Shown here: positions 52,101 through 64,000 of the stretch, in pieces
Layout of the letters: every line of letters starts with the position of its first letter
Numbering within the stretch: position 1 is the stretch's first letter
Assembly (NCBI GenBank): GCA_976226885.1
Contig: OZ320319.1
Span: 23,002,001 to 23,066,000, forward strand
Reading direction: 5' to 3'
Source: Iphione sp. A-MEVVRFRX5
Taxonomy: Eukaryota
DNA: 64,000 nucleotides
Notes under the pieces: generated by a model
What the model was told of the DNA's origin: nothing
The model's input: only the letters and a program-made list of their open reading frames with translations
The model's database searches: none
Program-made: the position numbers and the translations under genes

Positions 52101-54699
52101 AACTTTACTCCTAGTACTGATACAAAGAATTTTACACCTTAGTTACAGGAGTTTTATTTTCTATTCATACTGCATGCCATAACCTAGAGGGCAAACCTTA
52201 CATTTTCCTCTGGGTTCTCTACTAGAGCGCTGGCTAGTGTTGCAACATGCTGTCGGAGTGCTCTGAGCTTCTCCTGCCGAAGCTGGAGTAGCTGGGAAGT
52301 GCTCAGAGATGGCAGGGGTCGTGATGGCTGCAGGTTCTCCGTCTGTTCTGTTTCATTATGTCCTTCAGCATCTTCGCCTTCATCATCTGATTTTCGCGTT
52401 AATAAAACGAATTCCTCATAAGTTCACAACTACTTCACAAATTTGTTTATTCTATTTCATAAAAATTAATCTTTTGGTTCTTCCGGTAGTTCTATGATAA
52501 GTCAGTCCACCAATATGTGACTACAGCATTTGAGGAGAGTCCTTGCATCGTTCACTGAATTGGTAACTTCTGAAATAAATGGTCTCATCAGAAATCTGGA
52601 AGCAAATCATGGAGGCCATGAGGAATCAGCATTCCGCCAATATAGCCAACAAATATAGTCACATGCAAGTCACTCNNNNNNNNNNNNNNNNNNNNNNNNN
52701 NNNNNNNNNNNNNNNNNNNNNNNNNNNNNNNNNNNNNNNNNNNNNNNNNNNNNNNNNNNNNNNNNNNNNNNNNNNNNNNNNNNNNNNNNNNNNNNNNNNN
52801 NNNNNNNNNNNNNNNNNNNNNNNNNNNNNNNNNNNNNNNNNNNNNGAGAGATGAGTTTGATGAAGAGGTAATAGACTTAATAAGCAGAACTAAGGATATG
52901 CAGAGAGCACAAAGGACAGAGAGAGGGGGTCTTGTACTGGATTATTTTTCGAATACCGCAATGGGAATACTAAAAAGTGAGGTTGCAACTTACTTCGAAT
53001 CAAGCTACTCTAGTTGCTGGAATATGAGTTCCTACTTTACTATATATAGTTAATAATCCATGAAAAGAAAGAAAATTTTTAATTCAAATGAAGGACGAGT
53101 CTTACTCTGGTCCTGGCACTAACAAAACATCTTGAAAATACATGTACACATGTACATGTAAAGATGGGTTTCCTTCACAGGTTTTAATAGTTTGTTCAGA
53201 CGTCATCAACATACCTGACTCATGTTGCACTTCAACACTCTGTTGGACGAGACCAGCCTTTGTTTTGATAGGGAGAAGTGACTTCACCTCCGCCACACGT
53301 GGTTTCCTCTGGGCTATCTCCTCATAACGTGTCTCCAAATCATCTGTTGACTGGCCCTTCTTTTTACGCCTTTTCTTTGAAGGCTCAGTTCCTTCACTGT
53401 AAAAGCGCAGAGCAACCCTTAACTACTTCGAATTTTACTTATCAAAGAACGTCATGAGGTAACGTCACATTTCAGTCTCAAAGCAGGAAATGTTACGCCT
53501 TCACAAAAGCAAGCCAATATCTTTCTCCGGATTGTTCTGCCAAAAATGACTGCAAAGGTCAAATCAGAAAGGAGCACGACCTCGAAACGGAACTTTCGAC
53601 ACATATAACCACAATTTTCCAACAAAAAGATTGATAAAGACTAGAATTGAGTATAGTTACCTGTCAGATATATCTGTGATAAAGCTGTAGTCTCTATCAG
53701 GGGTGGCAAAGTATTCATAATCAGCCTCGGATAGTGGAATATCCTCCGTTTCTTCACGCTCCAACCTACGCTGTTCCTCTGCAACTTCTGGATCGACATG
53801 GCCCTAAATATGGCAAGTAAGCTGTGTTCAATACTATTAATGACAGATACTTCCATCAAACTGTCAAGTTAAAAACAGCTGAGGCTAAGTCAGAGATTAG
53901 ATCATAGAGGAGACCAAACTGAGGGGAAAACCTAGCAGATCAGGTATGTCCATCTACATGTATACATGTGCACATGTATATCACCCAAACCCATAGTCAG
54001 CCCATTTCCTAACATGACTTCATATGCAGGTCTTAAATGCGGTGCATTTATTCACATAAGGTACTCAAATATTGATGTTTTTTTAATGAAATAGTCTTGA
54101 GATAAACAAAAAAACAAGTATAATTTATATTATAACTATAAGTATTATCCGTACAACGCTTCACTTCAATACCTAGATTACGTTAGTAACTTTCCGTTGT
54201 GTATGATGATATGATTCCTTTCATGTTATTTAACATTCTGAGTAATGTTATTTTCAACTTCAATACATTTTAGCCGTACCTGTGTTCGTTGCTTTAGGAA
54301 ACGCAAATACTGGCCCTTTTTGACTCTGTCTTTCAATTTACCCTGCTTTGCCAATGTATTCAATCGCTTGTTTGAGAGTTTGACTGCAGATACTTTTGAT
54401 CCGACTTTCTTCTTTCCACGACGCAACTTTCCTTTTTTCTATGAAAGGGAATGACAGAAATGAACAACATGGAAATACTATAGGTGAGTATGACAATCAA
54501 CCTTATTATCGCTCAGAAGATCGTTGCTTACTATAAAGTCAGTTTTATGGCACTATACATATCGTTTATCTCAGGGGGGCGACTGAACTCTCCTGTGCAA
54601 ATTGCCATGCTAGTATGGCCTTATGTTATTTGATGAAATAATTGCTAAACTGGCAAATAATAACACACACGTGTGCACCACCGCACTCACCGCCGCCAT
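43154..54699 (-). CDS. NOC3L: Nucleolar complex protein 3 homolog (terminal exon unresolved)
   Basis: Phase-consistent exons: 54691-54699 (MAA), 54280-54438, 53661-53803, 53215-53396, 52202-52386, 51573-51734 ([17 protein letters not shown]), 50586-50679 ([17 protein letters not shown]), 50293-50372, 49668-49787 ([11 protein letters not shown]), 48872-48943, 48400-48567, 47896-47976, 47332-47432 (TYFRILK), 46954-47026 ([10 protein letters not shown]), 46580-46786, 45973-46083, 45704-45832, 44262-44359 (YHPTVR), 43154-43238. Matches recalled NOC3L motifs. Confidence 0.95.
44569..44845 (-). mobile_element. Left-end fragment (~275 bp) of the same DIRS family inside a NOC3L intron
   Basis: Reverse complement of ~2819-3087. 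The first ~105 bp read identical to the left terminus, and similarity continues through the gag start (MDLASSI) before breaking off. Confidence 0.85.
45531..45725 (-). repeat. Three tandem diverged copies (82-84 bp period) of a NOC3L exon 3' end and donor
   Basis: CTTACCCGCAGCATATGAAG (functional, 45699), CTTACCGGCAGCAAATCAAG (45615) and CTTACTCCCAGCATATTAAG (45533). The intron side is also similar (GACAATGCAGTG vs GCAATGCGGCG). Confidence 0.6.
52676..52845. other. Assembly gap (N run) in a NOC3L intron
   Basis: 170 Ns. The flanking exons join in phase 1. Confidence 1.
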
Positions 54700-54872
54700 C
54701 TTGACCTCTTTACGGCCTGCCCCCTCGCGAGTAAAACTGACACTCGACCTTTGTGGAAGAAAGATACACAGCTGTGCCAAAAAGATTTAAGGATTAAAAG
54801 CACGAATTTAAGTCGATATGGTTGGATAAAGACATACCCTGAGGCGTCAACGAGTTAATTTACCACTGAAGA
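54700..54872. promoter_or_regulatory. Bidirectional promoter between NOC3L and the attractin-family gene
   Basis: Divergent ATGs lie 173 bp apart. CTCGCGAG palindrome at 54724-54731. YY1-consensus GCCGCCATCTTG overlaps the NOC3L ATG (54692-54703). Confidence 0.75.
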
Positions 54873-55153
54873 ATGTCTGTCTGCTGCGGAAATCAGGATG
54901 ATAGTGCAGTATTGCGACTTGATTGTGTACAATGTTGGAGACATAGACAGACTAGTATAAGAAGTCAGCCATGGACATCTTTGTTGGCATATTTGACTGC
55001 ATTTCTCTGCCTATTTGCCCTTGTTCAGGGCAAAGACCAGCAGTGTGAACCTTTGACGTGTGATCATGGATTCTGTATGAACGGAACTTCGGCCTGTGAA
55101 TGTGAGGTTGGTTGGATCGGCGATTCTTGTGACCGCTGCGGGGGTCGAATAAG
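54873..55153 (+). CDS. ATRN: Attractin / attractin-like protein, exon 1 (extended signal peptide plus EGF-like domain); exon 2 not found in window
   Basis: Hydrophobic leader LLAYLTAFLCLFALVQG, then CEPLTCDHGFCMNGTSACECEVGWIGDSCDRCGGRIR ending in a phase-2 AG|GTGAGA donor. This matches the ATRN/ATRNL1 exon-1 end (C..CGGRFR) that precedes the CUB domain. Confidence 0.8.
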
Positions 55154-57941
55154 GTGAGAATTTACCTTTAATAACAACACTGTCACTCCGACTTAACACA
55201 ACCCGATAATAACCGCGATAGTTTAAATACTTAACGATTTTTAAAGATGAAGATTAAGTTATAATTACATGTATACCCTTTCGATTCCATATTGTGTGAA
55301 AGTCTGCTTTGTTTTGTTGGATTTCGCCACGTTCACACTGGTCTTTCAAGTCATGTTCAATGCTTTTCCCCATAAATAGACATCGTGTACATGTGCTGAA
55401 CTGTCAAACGATCCTATGCTCTGAACATATATTGTTTTAATTTTACCATAGGCCTGCGTTTTCTTAAACTGGACACCTTGCTTAATTTTTCTAACGGTTT
55501 TGTTTTTAAGATTTTAATGGTATCCGGTAATATTTAATGCTAAACCGTACTGTTAGGATGTACAATGACATGTATTACTCTATTCTGTTTGGCCCCACAT
55601 GATATCACTTGTGCTTACCTCAGGTTAAAAAGAAAGCCTTTTAGGAAACGATGTAATAGTCTTTTTGTCAGTTCACATCGAATACAGAGATTTTATTTGC
55701 CTAGTATTTTTTTTCATGTGTGATGATGGCTTTGGGGACTGTAGCCTTTTAAAACATAATTATGGATGCTTTTTTTATTCTTAGCTAGATGCTACCCGTA
55801 GGTATCATTATGGTTTAGGAATCATATACATATATTATATACATATCATACACCTGCCACAAACGAATACCTGAATCAATCAGAGTATGTTGAATGTGTA
55901 TCGCTTTAAACTCTCACACCTCAAAAATCAGCTTTTAAGTTATGTGTTTGACCACAGTTGTTGTATATCCACATACATCCATTTGTAATCAGTGTACAGT
56001 GTACATGTACATGTGCCATCTAAGAAGCTAAAAGTCAACTAACTGTGGGTGTTACCAAGTCCTCGTGTATAACAGACATATATTTAATTACCCACATTCA
56101 CTTGCTGCTTGTGCCGCTGTTGATTTTTTTCTGCGTACTGTCAAATAAGACTTCTACACGGAAGTATTGCTGTCCACATTCATAGGACCTATCAAGACGG
56201 TGTTTTCACAGAGGGTGGAGTGTGAAAAATGTCAGGATTCTTCGTGTGATGTCTTCACCCTTTTTTTGTATATAACAGTCACATTAGAGTGTATTCTACT
56301 CCTTTCTGATGGTGGGCCATCTGGGCAGCTGCCTAGGGTTCCCTCTAGGGTGGTTGGCTTGCTGGATTGTAGCCTAATCTGATGTACGGTGTCAGCCAAC
56401 CAATTTTACAAAAATTTAATTAGTTTTTAGACTTGTATAAATAAAAACAGCAGAACTGAATGTATGAATGGAACTTAATCTTTGTCTGTGTCTGTCTGCC
56501 TGTCTGTCTCTCTCGTGTGCTTATGTGTACTGTCTCATATGCTCTCTCTTCTTTACCCCCTTTTTTCTTGCATTTCCACGATGTTCTCTCATCTCTCTGT
56601 CTCTCCATTTCATGTCACCTTCACTCCCCTTTAAAGCTGGAGCCCCACCCAAAACTGCCACGAGGACACCAGGAGGACACAGGTGTGTTTCTGCTCCCCC
56701 CCCCCCCGACCTCCTCTCTCGCTCTAGCGACCTCACACGCATCTCTAGTGCATCCATTCCTTGTGTGTAGTAAACTATGGGTGAAAAAAAAACAGTCACG
56801 GATGGTCTGTTGAAGTTAAGTGGGCATATTTCATTTAGAAGTATATTTGCTCGCTCACACCTACCCAAGAAACTGGAGAATCGGAATGTGTCTACTATCC
56901 AGGAGTGTCTCAGAACTACACAGCCTTGTCAGTCAGCTTGTTCCAAAAAGGCGTTAGTGAAATCTTTATCGTTTATTATTACACGGACTTTAAAATTTGG
57001 GCGTTTAGAGGGGAGTGTTTGTTACTTCAACGTCATGGAATATGTCTAGATGGGTGTTGCCAGTGCCAGGGTGCACCAAGGCTCTGCTAGTCATGAGCTA
57101 ATTGATGAACAGGTATACATCTGTTGATGAGGGAGATGTGTTCCATAATATGACTTCACCGTGACAAACTTTCTTTATTGGAGGTATCCTGTTCCAACAG
57201 AATATTCATGATTTTTACTTTACATTTACTAGAATCGCCCATTTCTTATATATATATTTACACATATATGTGGTTTCTCCTGCTTTCATTTTGTAATTTT
57301 TTCTAGAAAGCGGTTTGGGAAAATGTGACTTAGGCCACAACGGTTTGCAAGCTTCGTTAAAAAGAAGCTTCCCTCCCAGAGGCTTCATTAACACAGGTGT
57401 ACCTGTATACACTCGCAGTGGACATTAAATATCTACAAGGTCGCTAGGGATGCTTGAGCAGAATTACTGGGGAAGAGAGGAAAGTAGCGAAGATTATTTT
57501 TTTAGGAATGCATGTAATGAAGAAGTAAAAACTGGGACCACATTTTTGGGGTGGGTGGGTGGGGGGGTAGCTGAACTATTCTATTCAGTTAACACCGGCC
57601 CTTTTTGTTGTATCACTGCAAATATTTAACAGGATTGAAACTAAGTCTGCATAGTCATCTTGTCCTAGAACAAGTCTGATCTGAATTGAGAGAGAAGCCT
57701 GCCGTTCTGGTGACCATATGTGATGCCATTTAAGGTCAGGGTCAATCAGTGCGTTGAGATGTCCTTTGTGCTACCACACTTCTCTGTGATGGGCACGTAA
57801 ACAACTTTAATTTTTATCAAACTAAAAGTGAATTTGCACCTCCAACCTTTGTTCCCGTCGGACCTCACGGTAAGTTCCGAGTGGCCTTTGTCGCACAGCT
57901 TTTGACCATGTGGCAGCTTTCGTGGGAGGTTCTGTCAGGAT

Positions 57942-60900
57942 GGTGACGTGGTTACTACATATAGAGCTAATAATTACTTGTCATTTCCATTTGAGAAACT
58001 CAGAATGTATTTATAATAAATGCACCCTATGGTCGTGTTTATGAACATCTGATCTGCACTGTAGATCTACAAATATCGATTAAACTCTGGATTTGGACGA
58101 AACAGGAAGCTACTTAGCAGTGTGAGTCCACGCCAGAAAGCTCTAATATTAATATGCACATATATGTATAGTTACATGTTCTTTTCGAACTAACTATCGA
58201 AGTAACAAAATGACGGAAAATGACGGCATTATGATGTGAAAGAGGCACGAGCTTACCATTTTGATTTCTTTGTATCTGCGAAATTTCCCATGTTTTTTAA
58301 TATTTTTTTTGAAAGCAGAACCGCTGACAAGAGAACGATCGTGCTCTATTGAACATTTGCACCGAGGTTAAGAAGGTCTTTCCAGTAGACCCCAAATAGA
58401 AAAAGAAAGAGAGCCCACAGACAGACATGCAGACAGACACACAGAGAGGGGAGACAGGAAGGACACAGAATAAACAGAGAACATACAGTTCAGGTTTTTT
58501 TTCCCCCGAGCACCTGCAGATCTGCTTATTATTCATTCGCCGTAAAGTGTGATGTTGTCATCACGTTCTTCCCCATACATCAATGTTGTCTTACGTTTCT
58601 GTCCCAGTAATATAAATAAACCACCTACATCCCTTGTACGGAATGACTGGATGCTGGGATTCTTTTTGCGGTTTAGTGCTACGAAGCCTAAGTTCTTCTG
58701 TACTAAATGTGAGCATTGTCCAAAGTGGGTAACTTTCATATGCTGCTTCAGTTTGCGCTCAGAAATCGAATCCGAAAGTCGAGATCAGGGAAAGCGAAGA
58801 GACGCCGAAAATATAGTAATCGGCAAACTGAGTGTGTAGGTGGATGGTTAGCAATGGTGGTTCTAAATCCTGGATATCTTAATGTTTAAATTTCCAGTGA
58901 AAAAAATAAGACGTACACTGGAATGACGTTCTCTGATTGGTCGTTATAGTGTGATGTTACCGAAGCGTTCCTCAGATACTCACATATAGAAATATGTCTT
59001 GTAATTTTGTCGAATGTCATTCGTCAGTGAAAAAAAACGAATTATAACCCTTTTGAACGAAAGGAATTCGTCTTCTGGAAGTACTTTCGGCACTAAGTAG
59101 GGTCCATACCGGTCCGTCTAACTTAATGGTTACTCAGCTGCGACTCAGTGTCACGGCTTCAATTCGGAGCAGCTCCACGACCGATCCGGTCATAGTTGTA
59201 GATGTCGAGTAATCGTGTGACTAGACCGCCATGATTCAGCATCCTGATAGAAGTGTGTCCGGACATCACATGTCAATATAGGCTTTTGGACAGAACACTT
59301 CATCTAGCGGACAGGGTCAAAGCTGAGGCAAATGCAGCTCTGATTAAAGTCAGTGGCTGTTGTGGTCGAAGTAAGAAGTGATGGCTTAATGCCTATTAGC
59401 GTTTTCCTCAACAATATCATGATAAGAATACTAAGGAAAACTCAGATGTTCCGGTGGGCGTCATTTAGAGGCGAGCATAATTCAATGAGTGAACTTGATA
59501 GTCCTTACTTCACCCCAAAGTCGAGGTAAAACCTATGCACATGCCAGATTTATATAAGTCTATTGTTTGACCTCGATTTAAGATGACAGCATCAGCCCGA
59601 GGGTATTAATAGATTCGATGTGCGAAAAACTAGTTTGTTGGTCTCATTTCTAATGTTGTGTTGATATACCATTACTCATCCTCTTTGATGAACCGGTTCT
59701 TAAAATATTCCCGTCTCTTACAAGCTGACTTTCATTTCAAACAGTTTTTCATGGAAAATTTCAGTAAAGAATGTCTTCATACAACATGACAGGAGAAACA
59801 TGACAGGCATTTCTTCTGGTATGTGTTGCATTGAATCGTCTTCGGTGCATCTCTTCTGGTTGGTTCCTTTTTCTTTCTCATCCTATTTTGCAGCAGTCTG
59901 TCTTTGTTTTTTTTTTCTTCATCATCGGCCCTTTTTAGCAACATCACACTCACGAAGGCCTCATCTGCGACACCATGAGCTGGAGAAAGATAGACAATAA
60001 CGAAATGAGCACGACCAACCTGGTGTGGAATAGCCCTCGAAACTGAATACAACATAATACAGTCTTCAGAATACGAAGCAGCCTTTTGCCGAACACATGC
60101 TGTGAACATGACGTCATCAGTTCGTTTGTCTCCACGTACATGTATATGCACAAGACCATAAATTTATGTTCGTTATGCAAGCGCCCATGTAAAACGCGAC
60201 CACTTTTCCATTAAGTGTACACCACTGCCCACACCCAGTTTTTTCCATACTTTTTGCGTTGTTTCTTGTTTGATTCGTCATTTGCATGGAACGTTCATGT
60301 ACCGAAGTTTGATAGACTCTGACCAAAAGTGATAAGAAAGATCCTGGTTTTTATATAACTTATAAGGTCGGTGCTCACATGGCCCTTCTTTTGGCGAGCG
60401 TATTGACAAACTATCAATATGTTTTAGGTCTACTTGATAACCAGGTGATATTCATGATAATACATTTTAGACATGCGTAGGAGACCAAGCTTAGTGGTCC
60501 CTGCAACAGTTTGGTCGCATTAAGAACCGTGTATACATGTTAATATATATACATTTTTTAATCACTTTGAGTGTGAAAAATTTTGGTCTCTGCCGATTAG
60601 GTCCCCCCTATGTTGTGGTCTTTAGCTTGGTCTCTACTGTACTACTGATATTTACTCAAAACGCCCTGACCATTGACTTTTACAATTACATATCTCTGGA
60701 GCCGACCGACAGATTTGACTGTTCTTCTCCGGAGCACACATGTAAAATCGGCCCTCATTAGCATGTTGGTCTCCATTTAAGCAAAATTAAAGGGAATTTG
60801 GATAATGAGGAAATAAGCATAGGTTAAAACAGCCCCTGGCTTACTTGAAACTGTTCGGATATGAAAGGAATTCAGATAATTTGTCTAATTGGGCGTTACT

Positions 60901-61287
60901 GTAAGCGTATTCATCACTACTTTCTGAATAGGGTGAAAGCTAAATACAAGTGCTAAGTTTAACCACTATATATGGACAGCATCGATGATCAATACTTTTT
61001 CCCTTTTAACCCGGTTTTTATCAGGTACATTTGGATCAGATGTATTGATAGTGGTTGAAACCGTTTGTATACACGTACATATACATATCTGGTAACGTGG
61101 TTACTACATGTAGAGCTAATGACAGACTTGTCATTTCCATTGAGAAACTCAGAATTTATAGTAAATGCACCCTATGGTCGTGTTTATGAACATCTGATCT
61201 GCACTGTAGATCTACAAATATCGATTGAACTCTGGATTTGGACGACACAGGAAGCTACTTAGCAGTGTGAGTCCATGCCAGAAAGCT
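57942..61287 (+). repeat. Pair of ~200-bp direct repeats (57942-58142 and 61091-61287) in attractin intron 1
   Basis: Near-identical blocks, e.g. AAATGCACCCTATGGTCGTGTTTATGAACATCTGATCTGCACTGTAGATCTACAAATATCGATT. Confidence 0.9.
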
Positions 61288-63639
61288 TCAAGTGGAGTGT
61301 CGTTAGAAGGCGGTGGTCATAGTTACATACATAGGTTGCCTGGTGACAATAACAATGGTATATTGCGACATATATTAATATAATAATTTATATAAATATA
61401 TATACGTGTCCATACACTAAGGGCTATTTTGCAATTATTATGCATAGTTTGGTGTGTGCATGCAGTACGTTGTGTACCCGTGGGTAACAAACAGAACTGG
61501 CTTTGATTTAAAGAAAAAAAGACAAATTTATTAAGTTCACAGAGAGTGTTGTTTGCCTGAAGTGGAATGCGCATTTATAGAAACCAGCCCTATCAGTTCA
61601 AAATGGTACTTGAGGTTGCATTCCGTCAAAGGTCTGCCTATCACAAAGAGGTTTTTAAACCTTGTGGTGAAGTGAATTTGACATTAATGTTACTTGTTAT
61701 TCAGAAATGTATTAAGTATTGTATACTTTACTGTAGTGAGAATTGAAGGTGCGTATGTCTTTTCCGAAAAAAGAACTGCACGCATCAAGGACGTCACACA
61801 TGAGATATCTGTTTATCAGACCGTGAACAAAGTCGCCACACATCCATACTTTTCATGCGTCAGAAAGAATCTGATACAACTTCATGTGGTAGTGACATCG
61901 AGAGATGGAGAATGTTCGAAATGTAACGTTATGATCAGTACATGTACATGATACTTCAAATTGAGTGCCCCGTTTTCGACACACGATTATCCCTGCTTTC
62001 TGTAAAAAAAAAAAAAAAATCTTTCCATCTTAAGTACCATTGTGGCTGAATGTCGAAGGACAGCTGTCAGAACCATCGTTATTTTCCTGTAGATCTCAAA
62101 TTATTTTCTAAACGCGGACTTCTGTAAAAAAAAATATCTTTTCACCGCCGCCACAATTTATCTTTGAAGCGGAAGTCGTAAAAACATGTACAGATTTTTT
62201 TTTCATCTTTTCGTCTCGTTGAGTTCGTTTTCAGAACGAAATGGTAACGTTATCAAGCATCGGCGCTTGTGTTTAAGTAATCCATCAGCTCTCCAGTGTT
62301 GTTTTAGATGTGATCCGAAGGCCAAAAGGTAGAACGAGTCCATGTAGCAACTCATATTAGGAAACGCAGGTTATATAACAGGACGGTTATATATTTAGTA
62401 GCATTTCTTTTTTTTTTTATATCCATCTGGTAGAAATGAGGTGTACCTGCCCATCCCACACACGTTCTGCGCTACGATCGAGGAGAAAGGCACGACTTGT
62501 TTCTGTTCGCTTTCCTTCACTGTAAAGCAATCTTATTTCGATGGGGAATACGAAAAAAAAAAAAAAAATACTACGCCATATTTGCGACTGACTGGAGTGG
62601 CCATCATGAACGTGGCTTGATCAACAGTCGATGAATTTTATACCTTTCCAGGCCTTTTCCGCGCTGAGGTTGTATCTGGAAGAGATTTTTGACAGAGTGT
62701 CTTGGCTGCACAGTATGTTGTCATACATGATGTCCTATGCAGGTTGACACCGTTGACGTGTTGCCATGCTCTGTATCATAGATCATGGCTGGGTTGACTG
62801 CTAACTTGCCATGGTTTTGATTGTATGGCATGTCCTATATAGACCATGGCTCGAGTTGCTAATAACATATGTTATGGATGAGGTCATACACCATGTCCCT
62901 GTACAGGTCACGGTTGGATTAACAGGGAATGTCTATGGATGCAGTCAGTGACGGTTGAAGTCTTTGATTTATGTTTTTTTTTGTTTTTCTTTACAGCCCA
63001 GGTTTGATATCACACACTAAGTACACACACAACATTCACACGCACGCACGCACACGCAACCTAGCCCCCCCCCCCCACACACACACACACTCCCAACCGA
63101 GCCACTGTCAGTAGTGGATGCCTAACAGTCTAGAGCGTAAATGTTTGATTGCTGAAGCATCCTAGCATTACGATAATGAATATCAAGCGTCCTACTCTCG
63201 ATAAAGCCGCGGTAAATGTACCCGTTAAACCGGCCTGAGCTCGTCAGGATGTCTCGAGGCAGTTCTCAGGGGATGTCGCAGTGATAACGTGCAGGTACCT
63301 TAGACGGTACGACAGCCACTTCAAGGGGCATACGGAACGCAGAAGGGGCATACGGAACGCAGAATTTAACAGGCGTGATGAAAAAAGGACCCTTGTCAAT
63401 TTCTTTTTGTGATGTGTGTCGCCAGGCTAAGTATTTTTCGCTGTATCTGTGCACCCCCCCCCCAACCCACCTTACCGTACTGGTAAGAAAACAAGGTGAA
63501 TTGTCCTTGAGAGACGTGTCGGTCGCTCCTGTGTACGACCAGACGTGTGATTAAGTTTGCTTTTAGTGGCACGATAAGTAGGACGTTAGGGATTATTCAG
63601 GTGACGCTCAAGGAGAACGGGAAGAGATTGGGCGTGGGC

Positions 63640-63930
63640 AGGCACACAGGTTGCCAGACGGACAGGCTGGCAGGCTGAGTGGTTGACAGGTAGTTAGGCA
63701 GACAGATGACACAGGGAAGCAGAGAGGTCAGCGAAAAGGCAGTTAATGTAGGCAGGTAGACTAACTGATAGGCATGTAGGCAGACAGACAGGGAAGTTAG
63801 CGTGGCAGACAAGCAGTAATGTGGGTAGGTAGGCTGACTGACAGGCATGTAGGCAGACAGACAGGGAAGTTAGCACGGCAGACAAGCAGTCATGTAGGCA
63901 GGCAGGCTGACTGATAGGCATATAGGCAGA
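63640..63930. repeat. Purine-rich minisatellite (~73-bp period) built from GGCA/GACA units
   Basis: GCATGTAGGCAGACAGACAGGGAAGTTAGC recurs at ~63772 and ~63845, with degenerate flanking units. Confidence 0.85.
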
Positions 63931-64000
63931 TAGGCAGCAAAATTGACTGGTAGATGGGAAGACAGTGAGATGGAAGGCAGGCTGTTTGTCAGACCGACAG

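Noticed and set aside
52495-52595. Possible C/D snoRNA in a NOC3L intron (minus strand TGATGA...CTGA)
   Set aside because: The C box lacks the leading purine, there is no terminal stem, and no rRNA guide was recognised.
55154-64000. Attractin exon 2 (CUB domain) and assorted short ORFs such as 59777-60151
   Set aside because: No phase-2 exon with DGPGNY/CTW-like motifs was found, and the ORFs are low complexity or unassignable.

Overview
Intron-rich eukaryotic genomic DNA from an animal. A marine invertebrate, possibly an echinoderm, is an inference from gene content and repeat style only. Four host genes were reconstructed by hand from GT-AG boundaries and reading-frame phase. (1) TTC38 homolog, minus strand, 8681-16973, 12 coding exons, start exon uncertain. 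(2) A secreted protein with a signal peptide, a 12x WPDWTTG tryptophan-rich heptad repeat and two C-type lectin domains, plus strand, 32038-37974. (3) NOC3L homolog, minus strand, 43154-54699, 19 exons found, last exon unresolved. (4) Exon 1 of an attractin-family gene, plus strand, 54873-55153, head-to-head with NOC3L across only 173 bp. Mobile DNA includes a 2.6-kb gag-only DIRS-type element with inverted termini (2819-5448), a left-end fragment of the same family inside a NOC3L intron, a decayed LINE ORF1, and three MITE families with TA, TAA and 5-bp target duplications. The strongest leads are the Trp-heptad double-lectin protein, the gag-only DIRS element, tandem duplications of splice junctions in two genes, and a strong excess of TACATGTA and TAGGCCTA palindromes that resemble transposon excision footprints. 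No rRNA, tRNA or CRISPR features could be supported.
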